A DNA stretch of 64,000 nucleotides from Candidatus Fimenecus excrementavium (GCA_018712805.1 DVGI01000020.1:51725-115724), one strand, 5' to 3'; positions 36,844 to 47,361 are shown, numbered from the stretch's first letter. Numbers and translations are program-made. Notes: generated by a model from the letters alone, not told the origin.

Positions 36844-39480
36844 TTACTTGTTTCCCTGCTCCTTAATAGCAGCCTGTGCAGCGGCAAGGCGGGCAATCGG
36901 AACACGGAACGGGGAGCAGGAAACGTAATCAAGGCCGATTTCGTTGCAGAACTCGACAGAGGACGGGTCGCCGCCGTGCTCACCGCAGATGCCGCAGTGA
37001 AGGGTCGGGCGGGTAGCCTTACCGAGTTTAACAGCCATCTTCATCAGAGCGCCGACGCCCTTCTGGTCAAGCTTCGCGAACGGATCGTTTTCGTAAATCT
37101 TCTTGTCATAGTAAGCATCGAGGAACTTACCGGCGTCATCACGGCTGAAGCCGAAGGTCATCTGGGTAAGGTCGTTGGTGCCGAAGCAGAAGAATTCAGC
37201 TTCCGTTGCAATCTCGTCAGCGGTGATTGCCGCACGCGGGATTTCGATCATGGTACCGACTTCATATTTCAGGTCGATGCCGGCAGCCGCGATTTCCGCG
37301 TCAGCGGTTTCGACAACGATGTTCTTGACATATTTCAGCTCTTTGACTTCGCCGACCAACGGAATCATGATTTCCGGAACGATGTTCCAATCCGGATGTT
37401 TCTTCTTCACGTTGATAGCCGCACGGATAACTGCGGAGGTCTGCATCTTCGCGATTTCCGGATAGGTAACGGTCAGACGGCAGCCGCGGTGACCCATCAT
37501 CGGGTTGAACTCATGCAAAGAGGAGATGAGCGCTTTGATGTCGGCAACAGATTTGCCCTGTGCTTTTGCAAGCGCTTCGATGTCCGCTTCCTCGGTGGGA
37601 ACAAACTCGTGCAGCGGCGGGTCTAAGAAGCGGATGGTAACCGGGTTGCCTTCCAGTGCTTCATAGAGTTTTTCAAAGTCGCCCTGCTGATAGGGAAGAA
37701 TCTTTGCAAGGGCAGCTTCTCTCTGTTCCACGGTGTCTGCGCAGATCATTTCACGGAATGCCGCGATTCTGTCCGCTTCGAAGAACATGTGCTCTGTACG
37801 GCAAAGGCCGATGCCTTCCGCGCCGAGCTCTCTGGCTTTCTTGGCGTCCGCCGGGGTGTCGGCGTTGGTGCGAACCTGCATGGTTCTGAACTCGTCAGCC
37901 CAAGTCATGATTCTGCCGAACTCGCCCGCGATTTCCGCGTCGACGGTCGGGATAATGCCGTCATAAATGTTACCGGTGGAACCATCAATAGAGATGTAGT
38001 CACCTTCATGATAGATCTTGCCGCCGAGTTCAAACTGTTTGTTTTCTTCGTCCATCTTGATGTCGCCGCAGCCGGAAACACAGCAAGCGCCCATGCCGCG
38101 CGCAACAACCGCAGCATGAGAAGTCATACCGCCGCGGACGGTCAGGATGCCCTGTGCCGCTTTCATACCGGTGATGTCTTCGGGAGAGGTTTCAAGACGT
38201 ACCAGAATGACTTTTTCGCCTCTTGCGTTCCAAGCTTCTGCGTCGTCAGCGGAGAAGACGATTTTACCGCAGGCAGCGCCGGGGGAAGCGCCGAGACCTT
38301 TGCCCGCCGGGGTAGCCGCTTTCAGCGCTTTCGCGTCGAACTGCGGGTGCAGGAGGGTGTCAAGGTTTCTCGGGTCGATCATTGCGACAGCCTGTTTCTT
38401 GTCGATCATGCCTTCGTCGACGAGGTCGCAGGCAATTTTCAGAGCCGCCTGAGCGGTTCTCTTACCGTTTCTGGTCTGGAGCATATAAAGTTTGCCGGAT
38501 TCAACGGTGAACTCCATATCCTGCATGTCACGGTAATGATTTTCCAAAATCTTGCAAACTTCTTTAAACTGTTTGAATGCTTCGGGGAACTTCTGTTCCA
38601 TTTCGCTGATGTGCATCGGGGTGCGAACACCGGCAACAACGTCTTCGCCCTGTGCGTTGGTGAGGAATTCACCGAACAGGCCTTTTTCGCCGGTCGCGGG
38701 GTCACGGGTGAACGCAACGCCGGTACCGCAGTCGTCGCCCATGTTGCCGAACGCCATCATCTGGACGTTAACGGCAGTACCCCAAGAATACGGGATATCG
38801 TTGTCACGACGGTAAACATTGGCGCGGGGGTTGTCCCAGGAACGGAAAACCGCTTCGATAGCGCCCATGAGCTGTTCTTTCGGATCGGTCGGGAAATCGG
38901 TGCCGATTTTCGCTTTGTATTCGGCTTTGAACTGGCCGGCAAGAGTTTTGAGGTCTTCCGCGGTCAGGTCGACGTCCTGCTGAACGCCTTTTTCTTCTTT
39001 CATCTTGTCGATGAGCTGTTCAAAGTACTTTTTGCCGACTTCCATAACAACGTCGGAGTACATCTGAATGAATCTTCTGTAGCAGTCCCAAGCCCAACGG
39101 GGGTTGCCGGATTTCTTCGCGATTGCGTCGACAACGTCTTCGTTAAGGCCGAGGTTCAAAATGGTATCCATCATGCCGGGCATGGAAGCTCTGGCGCCGG
39201 AACGAACGGAAACCAACAGCGGGTTTTCCTTGTCGCCGAACTTTTTGCCGGTGATCTTTTCCATCTTCTCGATGTATTCCATGATCTGTGCCTGGATTTC
39301 ATCGTTGATCTTTCTGCCATCTTCATAGTATCTGGTGCAGGCTTCGGTTGTGATGGTGAAGCCCTGCGGTACGGGAAGACCGAGGCCGGTCATTTCCGCG
39401 AGGTTTGCGCCCTTGCCGCCGAGCAAGTTGCGCATGTCTTTGTTACCCTCTGAGAACAAGTAAACATACTTTTGACTCAT
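36844..39480 (-). CDS. ppdK: Pyruvate, phosphate dikinase
   Basis: 878 aa from MSQKYVYLFSEGNKDMRNLLGGKGANLAEM...; phosphohistidine region GGMTSHAAVVARGMG; GGAGG SD. The 9-codon upstream extension is rejected. Confidence 0.95.
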   Translation of the reverse strand: MSQKYVYLFSEGNKDMRNLLGGKGANLAEMTGLGLPVPQGFTITTEACTRYYEDGRKINDEIQAQIMEYIEKMEKITGKKFGDKENPLLVSVRSGARASMPGMMDTILNLGLNEDVVDAIAKKSGNPRWAWDCYRRFIQMYSDVVMEVGKKYFEQLIDKMKEEKGVQQDVDLTAEDLKTLAGQFKAEYKAKIGTDFPTDPKEQLMGAIEAVFRSWDNPRANVYRRDNDIPYSWGTAVNVQMMAFGNMGDDCGTGVAFTRDPATGEKGLFGEFLTNAQGEDVVAGVRTPMHISEMEQKFPEAFKQFKEVCKILENHYRDMQDMEFTVESGKLYMLQTRNGKRTAQAALKIACDLVDEGMIDKKQAVAMIDPRNLDTLLHPQFDAKALKAATPAGKGLGASPGAACGKIVFSADDAEAWNARGEKVILVRLETSPEDITGMKAAQGILTVRGGMTSHAAVVARGMGACCVSGCGDIKMDEENKQFELGGKIYHEGDYISIDGSTGNIYDGIIPTVDAEIAGEFGRIMTWADEFRTMQVRTNADTPADAKKARELGAEGIGLCRTEHMFFEADRIAAFREMICADTVEQREAALAKILPYQQGDFEKLYEALEGNPVTIRFLDPPLHEFVPTEEADIEALAKAQGKSVADIKALISSLHEFNPMMGHRGCRLTVTYPEIAKMQTSAVIRAAINVKKKHPDWNIVPEIMIPLVGEVKELKYVKNIVVETADAEIAAAGIDLKYEVGTMIEIPRAAITADEIATEAEFFCFGTNDLTQMTFGFSRDDAGKFLDAYYDKKIYENDPFAKLDQKGVGALMKMAVKLGKATRPTLHCGICGEHGGDPSSVEFCNEIGLDYVSCSPFRVPIARLAAAQAAIKEQGNK

Positions 39481-39568
39481 TAAAATACCTCCAAATTTTA
39501 TTTCCAACAGTAAAATGGTTGTCCGAAAAAAGACAGTTTGCGGTTTCGGACAGAATTCACCGCCTGAT

Positions 39569-39597
39569 ATTATAACAGATATTTTTGCGGATTTCCA
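39569..39597 (-). promoter_or_regulatory. Promoter candidate for ppdK
   Basis: Minus strand: TGGAAA, 17 nt, TGtTATAAT (extended -10). Confidence 0.5.
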
Positions 39598-39692
39598 TAG
39601 TTTTCTTATATTTTTTCAAGTTTATGGACCTTTTTGCAAAGGACTGCCGCTTTTATACAATTTTAAGCGGTTTTGCACAAAACAAAACCGGT

Positions 39693-39953
39693 TCAGCCCG
39701 CTTCCTGCGCCGCTTTTGCCGCGTGCAGCGCTTGCACGAGCTGGTCGGGGCAGGAGGTCGGCTTCATGCCGCAGCGAATCCCCGAAAAGGCTTTTTCGAC
39801 TTCTTCGATTGTTTTGCCGCGGACAATTGCGGAAATGCCCTGCAAATTGCCGTTGCAGCCGCCGTAAAATTGGACGGATTTGATAATATCGCCGTCTAAT
39901 TCGACATCGATTTGGCGGGAACAGGTCCCGCGGGTTCTGTAAGAATAAACCAT
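39693..39953 (-). CDS. TSCPD-domain small protein (TIGR03905-like)
   Basis: 86 aa; MVYSYRTRGTCSRQIDVELDGDIIKSVQFYGGCNGNLQGI...CGMKPTSCPDQL. Confidence 0.8.
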   Translation of the reverse strand: MVYSYRTRGTCSRQIDVELDGDIIKSVQFYGGCNGNLQGISAIVRGKTIEEVEKAFSGIRCGMKPTSCPDQLVQALHAAKAAQEAG

Positions 39954-39958
39954 AATTT

Positions 39959-40831
39959 TCACTCCTCGTCGGATTCCAAAAGCATATCGGACAGCCGGCA
40001 AAGCTGTTCCATTGTTAATTTTTCCGCGCGTACGTCGGCGGGAAGTCCGGCACTTTGAAGCGCCGCCGCCACGGTTTCTTTCGGCAGGGCAAGCCCCGCG
40101 GAAATCCCGTTTAACGCGGTTTTGCGCCGCTGGGCAAACGCCGCGCGCACCATGCGGAAAAAGAAAGTTTCGTCCGCCGGGGCGAACGCCGCGTTTTTGC
40201 GAATGTCGAGCCGAATCACCGCGCTGTCGACTTTCGGCGACGGCACAAACGAGCCGCGCCCGACTTTAAAAAGCGCTCGTGCCGCCGCGTAATACTGCAC
40301 CGCCACGGTGACCGCGCCCGCTTCGCGCGAGCCGACTTCGGCGCAAAGGCGGTCCGCCGCCTCTTTTTGCACCATGACGACAATGCTTTCAACCGGCAGC
40401 TTTTCTTCGAGCAGCTTCATAATAACCGGCGAAGTGATATAATACGGCAAGTTTGCACAGACTGTCACCTTTCGGCAATCGGCGAATTTTTCGCGCAAAA
40501 GCGCGTGCAAATCGAGTTTCAGCACATCGCCGCTGACAATTTCGACGTTGTCAAAATCCCCGAGCGTTTCGGAAAGCACCGGCAAAAGCCGGCGGTCGAG
40601 CTCCACGGCGACGACCTTTTTCGCCCGCGCGCAAAGTTCCGCGGTCAAAACGCCGATGCCGGGGCCGACTTCCAAAACGCCGTCTTCGCCTGACGCGACC
40701 GCTTCTTCGGCCATCGCGGGGCAGACGTTCGGATTGATTAAGAAATTCTGCCCGAGCGATTTCGAAAAGGAAAATCCGTGTTTTTCGAGAATGGCGCGGA
40801 CGGTTTTTAAATCGGAAAGATTATAACGCAT
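39959..40831 (-). CDS. rsmA: 16S rRNA (adenine1518/1519-N6)-dimethyltransferase
   Basis: 290 aa from MRYNLSDLKTVRAILEKHGFSFSKSLGQNFL...VLEVGPGIGVLT. Confidence 0.9.
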   Translation of the reverse strand: MRYNLSDLKTVRAILEKHGFSFSKSLGQNFLINPNVCPAMAEEAVASGEDGVLEVGPGIGVLTAELCARAKKVVAVELDRRLLPVLSETLGDFDNVEIVSGDVLKLDLHALLREKFADCRKVTVCANLPYYITSPVIMKLLEEKLPVESIVVMVQKEAADRLCAEVGSREAGAVTVAVQYYAAARALFKVGRGSFVPSPKVDSAVIRLDIRKNAAFAPADETFFFRMVRAAFAQRRKTALNGISAGLALPKETVAAALQSAGLPADVRAEKLTMEQLCRLSDMLLESDEE

Positions 40832-42005
40832 GAGAAAGTTCGCCCAAAATGTGCATGCCCTCAACAATGCGTTCGTCGGAAGGCGTGGTGAAGTTCAAGC
40901 GGATGCTGTTGACGACTTCGTCCGGCTCCACGATGAACGCGCTGCCCGGAACGACCGCAACCTTTTTCTCTACGGCGCGTTTGCAGAAGTCCATCATATC
41001 GACGCGTTCGGGCAGTTCGCACCAAACGAACATACCGCCCTCAGGACGGACATAGCGGACAAAGTCGCCGAGCTGTTCGTCGATAAGGTCGCACATCAAA
41101 TTGAGTTTGCGGCGGTAAATGTCGCGGATTTTCTCAATATGGCCTTCAAAGTCGGTGGTTTTCATCCACTCGTCGACGAGCATTTGCGTAAACACCGGGG
41201 TGTGGACGTCCGCCGCCTGTTTGCCGACGGTCATTTTGGCAACGATTTCCGCCGGCGCCACGGTGAACGCGACACGCACACCGGGGGCAAAAATCTTGGA
41301 GAAAGAACCGGCGTAAATGACAATGCCGTCTTCGTCCATGCTCTTAATCGACGGAACGGGTTCGCCCGCCACGCGCAAATCGCCGTAGGGGTTGTCCTCC
41401 AAAATCAGCACGCCGTATTGTTTGGCGAGCGCATAAAGCTGTTTGCGTTTTTCAAGCGACATCGTCACGCCCGACGGGTTCTGGAAGTTCGGAATTGTGT
41501 AAATAAAGCGGACGTTTTTGTTGTCGCGCAGCTTCTGTTCGAGCACTTCCATGTTCATGCCGTCATCTTCGACCGGCACGCCGCGAAGCGTTACGCCGTA
41601 AGAACGGAAGCAGTTGAGCGAGCCGATGAACGACGGCGTTTCGGAAATGACAACATCCCCGAAGTTGCAAAGGGATTTGGTCGCAAGGTCCATGACCTGC
41701 TGCGCGCCGGAGGTGATAATCAGATTATCAAAATCCCGGCCGATGTTGTGTTTCTTTTTCATATAAGCGGAAACGCGTTCCCGAAGCGGTGTGTAGCCTT
41801 CGGTCACGCCGTATTGCAGCGCCGTAATCGGGGAATCCTTTAAAATCCGCGCGGCAATTTCGCGCACCTCTTCCACCGGGAACGCCGCAGCGTCGGGGTT
41901 GCCCGCCGCAAACGGAATAATCGCCGGGTCGGCGGTCGCTTTTAAAATCTCACGAATCGCCGACGGTTGTAACGACGAAATGCGGTCTGAAAATGTGTAT
42001 TTCAT
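40821..42005 (-). CDS. PLP-dependent aminotransferase, class I/II (2-aminoadipate/aromatic aminotransferase-like)
   Basis: 394 aa; ...LQPSAIREILK...FAAGNPD...; PLP lysine context GSFSKIFAPGVRVAF. Confidence 0.85.
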   Translation of the reverse strand: MKYTFSDRISSLQPSAIREILKATADPAIIPFAAGNPDAAAFPVEEVREIAARILKDSPITALQYGVTEGYTPLRERVSAYMKKKHNIGRDFDNLIITSGAQQVMDLATKSLCNFGDVVISETPSFIGSLNCFRSYGVTLRGVPVEDDGMNMEVLEQKLRDNKNVRFIYTIPNFQNPSGVTMSLEKRKQLYALAKQYGVLILEDNPYGDLRVAGEPVPSIKSMDEDGIVIYAGSFSKIFAPGVRVAFTVAPAEIVAKMTVGKQAADVHTPVFTQMLVDEWMKTTDFEGHIEKIRDIYRRKLNLMCDLIDEQLGDFVRYVRPEGGMFVWCELPERVDMMDFCKRAVEKKVAVVPGSAFIVEPDEVVNSIRLNFTTPSDERIVEGMHILGELSHAL

Positions 42006-42042
42006 TACAAAACACTCCCTGTTTTCTCAACTTTTGCAAAAT

Positions 42043-42071
42043 ATTGTAGCACAAAATTTTTTCGCGCGCAA
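42043..42071 (-). promoter_or_regulatory. Promoter candidate for the aminotransferase-rsmA unit
   Basis: Minus strand: TTGCGC, 17 nt, TGcTACAAT (extended -10). Confidence 0.4.
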
Positions 42072-42083
42072 TCGGGCGGGTGC

Positions 42084-42114
42084 AAAAAAGCCGCAAACTT
42101 CAAAGTTTGCGGCT
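42084..42114 (-). terminator. Rho-independent terminator after lipoprotein gene 42157-43059
   Basis: AGCCGCAAACTT-2 nt-AAGTTTGCGGCT, followed on the minus strand by T6. Confidence 0.75.
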
Positions 42115-42156
42115 TTGGTCAGCTTAAATTGCTATTTATTACAGTATTAAAAATTC

Positions 42157-43059
42157 TTATTCCGAAACCGGGTAAAGTTTTGCCCAGCCTGCGAGCACCT
42201 GCTCAAACGCTTCGCCTTTGAGCATTTTCAGGCAGTCGGTGCGGTACTGGGAATACAAATCGCGGTCTTCGTCGGTGATGTCCTCGCGCTGAACCACGAA
42301 TATGTAATCCCCGGCGGTAAACGCCTTTGCGGTGCCGTTCGGAATTGCGGCAACCGCGGTGAAAAATTCGGCGGGATAGCGTGTATCCGCCTTGGAAATC
42401 ACGACGGTTTCCGTGTTGACAATCGTGTTGTCCAACGCGTTCGCCTGTTCCTCAATCGAAGAACCGCCGTTCACGGCGTTCGCGATATTGGTAAACGAGG
42501 TGGTCAGCGCCGTTTTTTCCGCGTCGGAAAGCGGCACGGCGTTGCCGTCGTTATCAACGGTGGTCAAAAAGCCGGTGATGTTTTTAAACGCGATGTAATT
42601 TTGATTGAAATAGGTTTTGAGCGTCTCTTCGGCAATCGGCTCGTCGCCGTCGGGTGCGTAATAATCCACAATCAGCGCGTCGCGGTATTGTTTATTCGCT
42701 TCGACATTGTTCAAATCCTGTTTCGTAACACCGAGCTCGGTGTAATACGTCCCGAACAGCCGCCAAAGCGAGTTGACCGTTTGTGTCAGCTCCATTTTTG
42801 CATCGGCGGAAAGCGAAAGCCCCCTGTCGGCGTAAATCGAATTGACTGCCACATATTCCGAAATCATTTGGTTGACCGCTGTTTTGAGCGCGGCTTCGTC
42901 CGCGTCGGGATTTTCTTTTTTGGCTTCATCGGTAAAATAGAGATAAATGCCTTTGCTTATCTCCGCTCCGTTGACAGAAACGCCGCTCCCGCGCGAGCAG
43001 GCAGACAGCGCACAAAGGCAGAGCACGGCGGCAAGCACCGCGCAAATCGCTTTTTTCAT
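42157..43059 (-). CDS. Lipoprotein, unknown function (possibly SurA/PrsA N-terminal-like)
   Basis: 300 aa from MKKAICAVLAAVLCLCALSAC (lipobox); an SD-like GGGGTGAAAGG precedes this ATG. Confidence 0.7.
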   Translation of the reverse strand: MKKAICAVLAAVLCLCALSACSRGSGVSVNGAEISKGIYLYFTDEAKKENPDADEAALKTAVNQMISEYVAVNSIYADRGLSLSADAKMELTQTVNSLWRLFGTYYTELGVTKQDLNNVEANKQYRDALIVDYYAPDGDEPIAEETLKTYFNQNYIAFKNITGFLTTVDNDGNAVPLSDAEKTALTTSFTNIANAVNGGSSIEEQANALDNTIVNTETVVISKADTRYPAEFFTAVAAIPNGTAKAFTAGDYIFVVQREDITDEDRDLYSQYRTDCLKMLKGEAFEQVLAGWAKLYPVSE

Positions 43060-43076
43060 CTGCCTTTCACCCCTTG

Positions 43077-43928
43077 TCATTTTAACATAAACTCAAACGT
43101 AAACGTCCGTTCCCCACAGTGCGACGTAATCGTGCACCCCACGGTGGAAACGATATATTCTTTAAATTTCAGCGTTTTGTGAATTTCCTTTTGCAGCGCT
43201 TTCATCTGTCCATCGCTGACGCCCGCCGTGCGGGAAAGAAACGCCCGGTCGGTATCAATGCGCCCCGCGTATTGCTCGAGCAAATCGCGGACATACTGCA
43301 TTTGGCAGTTTTCAAGCTTGCCGCGGTATTTTTTGCCGACCTGCAATTTGCCGTCTACCATGACGATGCTGGGTTTTATCCCGAGCACGTTCGCGCCGAG
43401 CATGGCGACGCCCGAACAGCGCCCGCCTTTATATAAGAATTCCAGCTTGTCCAAAATAAAGGTGGTGACCACCTTTTCGCGCTTGTATTCCATTTCGTGC
43501 GCGATGGTTTTCGCGTCCAGACCGTCTTGCGCAAGCTGCGCGGCTTTAATTGCCAGCAAAGCAATGCCGGTGGAAAGGCTTTTGGAATCGACAATATACA
43601 CGTTGTCAAAATCCTCCGCCGCCAATCGTGCGTTTTGGTGCGTTACGGAAAGCGCCGAAGAAAAGCTGATGTGCACAACCGAACTGCCGTCTTGGGTCAA
43701 CTCTTTAAAGAAGTCGGTATATTCCGCAACCGAGACCGCGGAAGTCTTGGGCAGTCTTCCGGTCTTTTTATAAAATGCATACAAATCGTCCGGCTGAATG
43801 TTGACGCCGTCTTCAAAGCAGTCGTCGTCCAAAATAATGTGCAGCGGAATCACGCGAATATCATATCGTTCCCGAATTTCCGCCGGCACATCCGCAGGGC
43901 TGTCAGTGGATATGATCGTCCTGGCCAT
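43077..43928 (-). CDS. DegV-family fatty-acid-binding protein
   Basis: 283 aa; MARTIISTDSPADVPAEIRERYDIRVIPLHIILDD... Confidence 0.9.
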   Translation of the reverse strand: MARTIISTDSPADVPAEIRERYDIRVIPLHIILDDDCFEDGVNIQPDDLYAFYKKTGRLPKTSAVSVAEYTDFFKELTQDGSSVVHISFSSALSVTHQNARLAAEDFDNVYIVDSKSLSTGIALLAIKAAQLAQDGLDAKTIAHEMEYKREKVVTTFILDKLEFLYKGGRCSGVAMLGANVLGIKPSIVMVDGKLQVGKKYRGKLENCQMQYVRDLLEQYAGRIDTDRAFLSRTAGVSDGQMKALQKEIHKTLKFKEYIVSTVGCTITSHCGERTFTFEFMLK

Positions 43929-44634
43929 TGAGGTATGCCTCCCAAACTTTTTCTTTCAGCTCTGCTTCCCGCGCTTCCTGCAAAAGGGCGGCACGGACAG
44001 CTTTTTTATTTTTTCCGATTTTCCCGTTTTTATAAAAGGAGACCAAAAACATGCCGGCAAGCGCACCGCACGCGGTGATAATGAAATCGCCCATTGTGTC
44101 TAAAAGCCCCGATTCGGAAATCGGACTCGACTGTTGGAGCGTAAAGCCGTAAAGCCGGTCCATTGTAAACTCGTAAATTTCCCACGCAACGGAAATCCCG
44201 AGCGAGAAGCAAAGCCCGAACATGGCGCTCAATGCCGGGGAAAGCCGACCGTAACGCCCCTGCATAATGTGGGCGAATTCATAGCCGAACCAAGCGGCAA
44301 TGAACCCCGCGCAGAAGTGGGTCACGATGTCGAAATCCTTAAAATCTGTCCGATTGTTGAGCGTTGTGCCGATGACCACGCCGAGGAAAATGAAGACATT
44401 GAGCATTGTGCCCGAAATGTAATCGACCCGCGTGATAAACGACCGCCCGCCAAACACCTGGAAATAGTCCCACATGTGGGTGAAGAGAATGGCGAAAATC
44501 GCCTGTAAAAATTCTACGACCGAGCCGTGAAACAGCCCGTAAACGCCCCAAATCATCAGCCCGACGCGCATCAGCAGCCACAAAATCCGGTGGCTGTCGG
44601 GAAGATACCCGGGAAAATCCTGTTGTTTTGCCAT
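43903..44634 (-). CDS. Polytopic membrane protein, family uncertain
   Basis: 243 aa; about 6 TM helices and a charged C-terminal tail. Overlaps the degV start by 26 nt. Confidence 0.6.
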   Translation of the reverse strand: MAKQQDFPGYLPDSHRILWLLMRVGLMIWGVYGLFHGSVVEFLQAIFAILFTHMWDYFQVFGGRSFITRVDYISGTMLNVFIFLGVVIGTTLNNRTDFKDFDIVTHFCAGFIAAWFGYEFAHIMQGRYGRLSPALSAMFGLCFSLGISVAWEIYEFTMDRLYGFTLQQSSPISESGLLDTMGDFIITACGALAGMFLVSFYKNGKIGKNKKAVRAALLQEAREAELKEKVWEAYLNGQDDHIH

Positions 44635-44655
44635 TTGTTAAGTCCTTTGTTTTTT

Positions 44656-46398
44656 TTAGGTAAACCGCGCAATCATACCGACCGTCGATTTGCCGTCACT
44701 CTTTGCGCCCGACCCGACCAAGTCGCCGTCGGAAGAAAGCGTTGAGCCGCAGGCGATAATCTGCCCGTCTTTGGTGACGCACAGCGCTTCAAATTTATCA
44801 TCTTTGCTGCCGCCGTAGCCCTGGACGGAGTTTACCCGCCCGTGGGAAGCGTCGACCGTCACCACGAAAGCGTCGGTGCCGCCGCGGTTGCCGATCGGTT
44901 TTAAGTCACGGTTGGAGGAATTGGAATATCCCACCGCCGCGTAGCCGCCGTCAATCGGGACAATATCGGTAAAGATATCGTCATAAAAGCCGCGGAACGC
45001 ACTTTGCCAGGCGACAGAGCCGTCGGCATTGTATTTTACCAAATAAGCGTCATAGCCGCCCTGGTTCGCAAGACTTATAAACGAGTGGTCGCTTGAGCGC
45101 GAACGACCGGCAATCACGCAGCCGCCGTCGGAAGCCGCGGTAATCGCAGTGAAGCTGTCGATTTGAGAGCCGCCGTATTGCTTAACCCAAAGCGTTTTGC
45201 CGGAGGCGTCGAGTTTAATGACGCCGCCGTCCGCGCGGCCGAAGCTCTTAAAGAGGCTGTTCGAATCGTTCGAGGAGAAGTTCCCCACCGTGTAAATATT
45301 GCCGTCGCCGTCCACGGTGACCGCCATCAGCGAATCGCCGGTGGAGCCGATGGATTTCGCAAACACCTGGCTGCCGTTTGCGTTGTATTTCACAATCATT
45401 GAAGCGCTGTGGGCGGATTTAAAGCCGAACGCCGACGCGCTGCCGTCAATCGAGTTTGTATAGCCGACTGCAACAAACGAGCCGTCCGGACCCGCCGCGA
45501 CGCCTTCAAAACCGTCGGTGTTGCTGCCGCTGAAATGCTGTAACCACTGTTGGTCGCCGCGGTCATTGAATTTATAAAGCACCGCGTCATAGTCGCCGGC
45601 ATTGGTAAAACCGAGATTGGTGGATTTGGAATACCCGCATACGGCGATATTATCGTCTTTATCCACCGCAAGGCCTGTCACAATAATGCCGCTGTTTGAA
45701 GAAATGGCTTTCTGCCACGCGACCGTGCCGTTCTTTTTGTATTTAATCAGCACCGGAATCGGCGTGTTGGAGCTGCCCGCGAGCGCCGACATGCTGCCGT
45801 CTTTGGAGTTGGACTGCATCAGCGCGACAAACGAGCCGTCGGAAAGGCTGACGGTGTCGACAAAATTGTCATTGCCGCTGCCGCCGAAGGTCGCGCCCCA
45901 GTTCGAGCTGTTGTCACCGGGGGTTGCCGGGTTTGTGGTATACGTCATTGTATAGGTCACGGTTTCACCGTCGGGCTTCGTGACATAATTGCCGTTGCCG
46001 TCGGTCATCGGGAAAGCCGTAACCACCGGGCCGCCTGTCGTCGGGGGCACCGTAATCATCGTGGTTAAAATCTCACCGTTTTCGTCGCGGACCGGGTTAC
46101 CGTCTTCATCGGTCACCGGCACGCCGACCTCCTGCGGAATATAAACGACCGAGGTCTTGACGTTGCCGTTTTCGTCATAGACCTTTTCGCCGTTGGCGTT
46201 GGTCACTTCGACGATTTCCGTTTGCAAAACGACGGTCATTGCCTCGCCGTTTTCGTCGGTCACGGGCACGCCGTTTTCATCGGTCACAACGACCGTTTCC
46301 CCCTCGCCGCTCTGCGAACCCTTGCAGGCGGAAAGTGTTATAAACACCGCAACAAGCAACAGCAGCGAAAAAAGCCATATTTTTTTGTTGCCGTTCAT
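44656..46398 (-). CDS. Lipoprotein with TDENG linker repeats and beta-propeller (SBBP-like) repeats
   Basis: 580 aa from MNGNKKIWLFSLLLLVAVFITLSAC. VTDENGVPVTDENGEAMT..., then about 6 repeats of the type GGSGNDNFVDTVSLSDGSFVA / GSNTDGFEGVAAGPDGSFVAVG. GGAGG SD. Confidence 0.75.
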   Translation of the reverse strand: MNGNKKIWLFSLLLLVAVFITLSACKGSQSGEGETVVVTDENGVPVTDENGEAMTVVLQTEIVEVTNANGEKVYDENGNVKTSVVYIPQEVGVPVTDEDGNPVRDENGEILTTMITVPPTTGGPVVTAFPMTDGNGNYVTKPDGETVTYTMTYTTNPATPGDNSSNWGATFGGSGNDNFVDTVSLSDGSFVALMQSNSKDGSMSALAGSSNTPIPVLIKYKKNGTVAWQKAISSNSGIIVTGLAVDKDDNIAVCGYSKSTNLGFTNAGDYDAVLYKFNDRGDQQWLQHFSGSNTDGFEGVAAGPDGSFVAVGYTNSIDGSASAFGFKSAHSASMIVKYNANGSQVFAKSIGSTGDSLMAVTVDGDGNIYTVGNFSSNDSNSLFKSFGRADGGVIKLDASGKTLWVKQYGGSQIDSFTAITAASDGGCVIAGRSRSSDHSFISLANQGGYDAYLVKYNADGSVAWQSAFRGFYDDIFTDIVPIDGGYAAVGYSNSSNRDLKPIGNRGGTDAFVVTVDASHGRVNSVQGYGGSKDDKFEALCVTKDGQIIACGSTLSSDGDLVGSGAKSDGKSTVGMIARFT

Positions 46399-46613
46399 AG
46401 AAAGACCTCCAAAAATCTCTGCCTTTACCGCAAGGCAGGACATATATCGTTATTTTATCATATCGTTTTTTGTTTTTCAATTAAAAAATTATGAACATGC
46501 ACCCCCCTTTGTACACCGTTTTGCCGAAAATTTCCCGATTTCAAAAATTTTTCTTGAAACCGCGCCCGTTTCCTTGTATAATAGACGGTAGTTTTTCTAA
46601 GGAGTCGTAACGG

Positions 46614-47348
46614 ATGTTGGGTAAATTTGTCAAAGTTCGGGTCACAAAACCCCAAGGCTGCTTTGACCGCGAAACCAACACAAAATACCTTTTGAATTAC
46701 GGCGTCGTCGAAAGCGGGCTTCTGCCCCGTTCCCCGGTTGCCGGGGCTTATATTCTGGGCGTGGATCATCCCGTCCGCCGGTTTGACGGGCGCGTGGTTG
46801 CCGTAATTAAGGACAAACAGAAACACGCGGTGTTTCTTGTGGTTTCGCCGAAGTCAAAGCGGTTTATCATTCACGATATTCAACCGGCGGTGGCGTTTTT
46901 GCATAAAGGCAAGGGCGTTTCCATAGACTGTTTTTATGAGCGTTCGTGCGGCGCGGTGGTTTTCCGCGATATCGGCGGCGAAAAACGCTTTTTGCTCATC
47001 AAAAACAAACGCAGTGCCCACTGGGGCTTCCCGAAAGGGCACGTGGAAAAAGGCGAAACCGACGAACAGACCGCCTGCCGCGAGGTGTTGGAGGAAACCG
47101 GGATTCATATTTCCATTTTCCCCGATTTCAAAAGCAAATCCGAATACACCATTCAGGGAAAAATCAACAAGACCGTTTTGATTTTCCTCGCGACCACCAA
47201 AGACACACAAACGGTCATTCAGCAGTCCGAAATTGAGGATTACATTTGGTTAGGCTTTGACGCGGCGCTCGATACGCTCAATTACGAAAACGACAAAGCC
47301 ATTCTCAAAAAAGCCAAAGCCTATATGGACGCACATCAACTGTTCTGA
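46614..47348 (+). CDS. NUDIX hydrolase with an ~90-aa N-terminal extra domain
   Basis: 244 aa; Nudix box GFPKGHVEKGETDEQTACREVLEETGI. Confidence 0.85.
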   Translation: MLGKFVKVRVTKPQGCFDRETNTKYLLNYGVVESGLLPRSPVAGAYILGVDHPVRRFDGRVVAVIKDKQKHAVFLVVSPKSKRFIIHDIQPAVAFLHKGKGVSIDCFYERSCGAVVFRDIGGEKRFLLIKNKRSAHWGFPKGHVEKGETDEQTACREVLEETGIHISIFPDFKSKSEYTIQGKINKTVLIFLATTKDTQTVIQQSEIEDYIWLGFDAALDTLNYENDKAILKKAKAYMDAHQLF

Positions 47349-47361
47349 CAAGGAGGAACTT

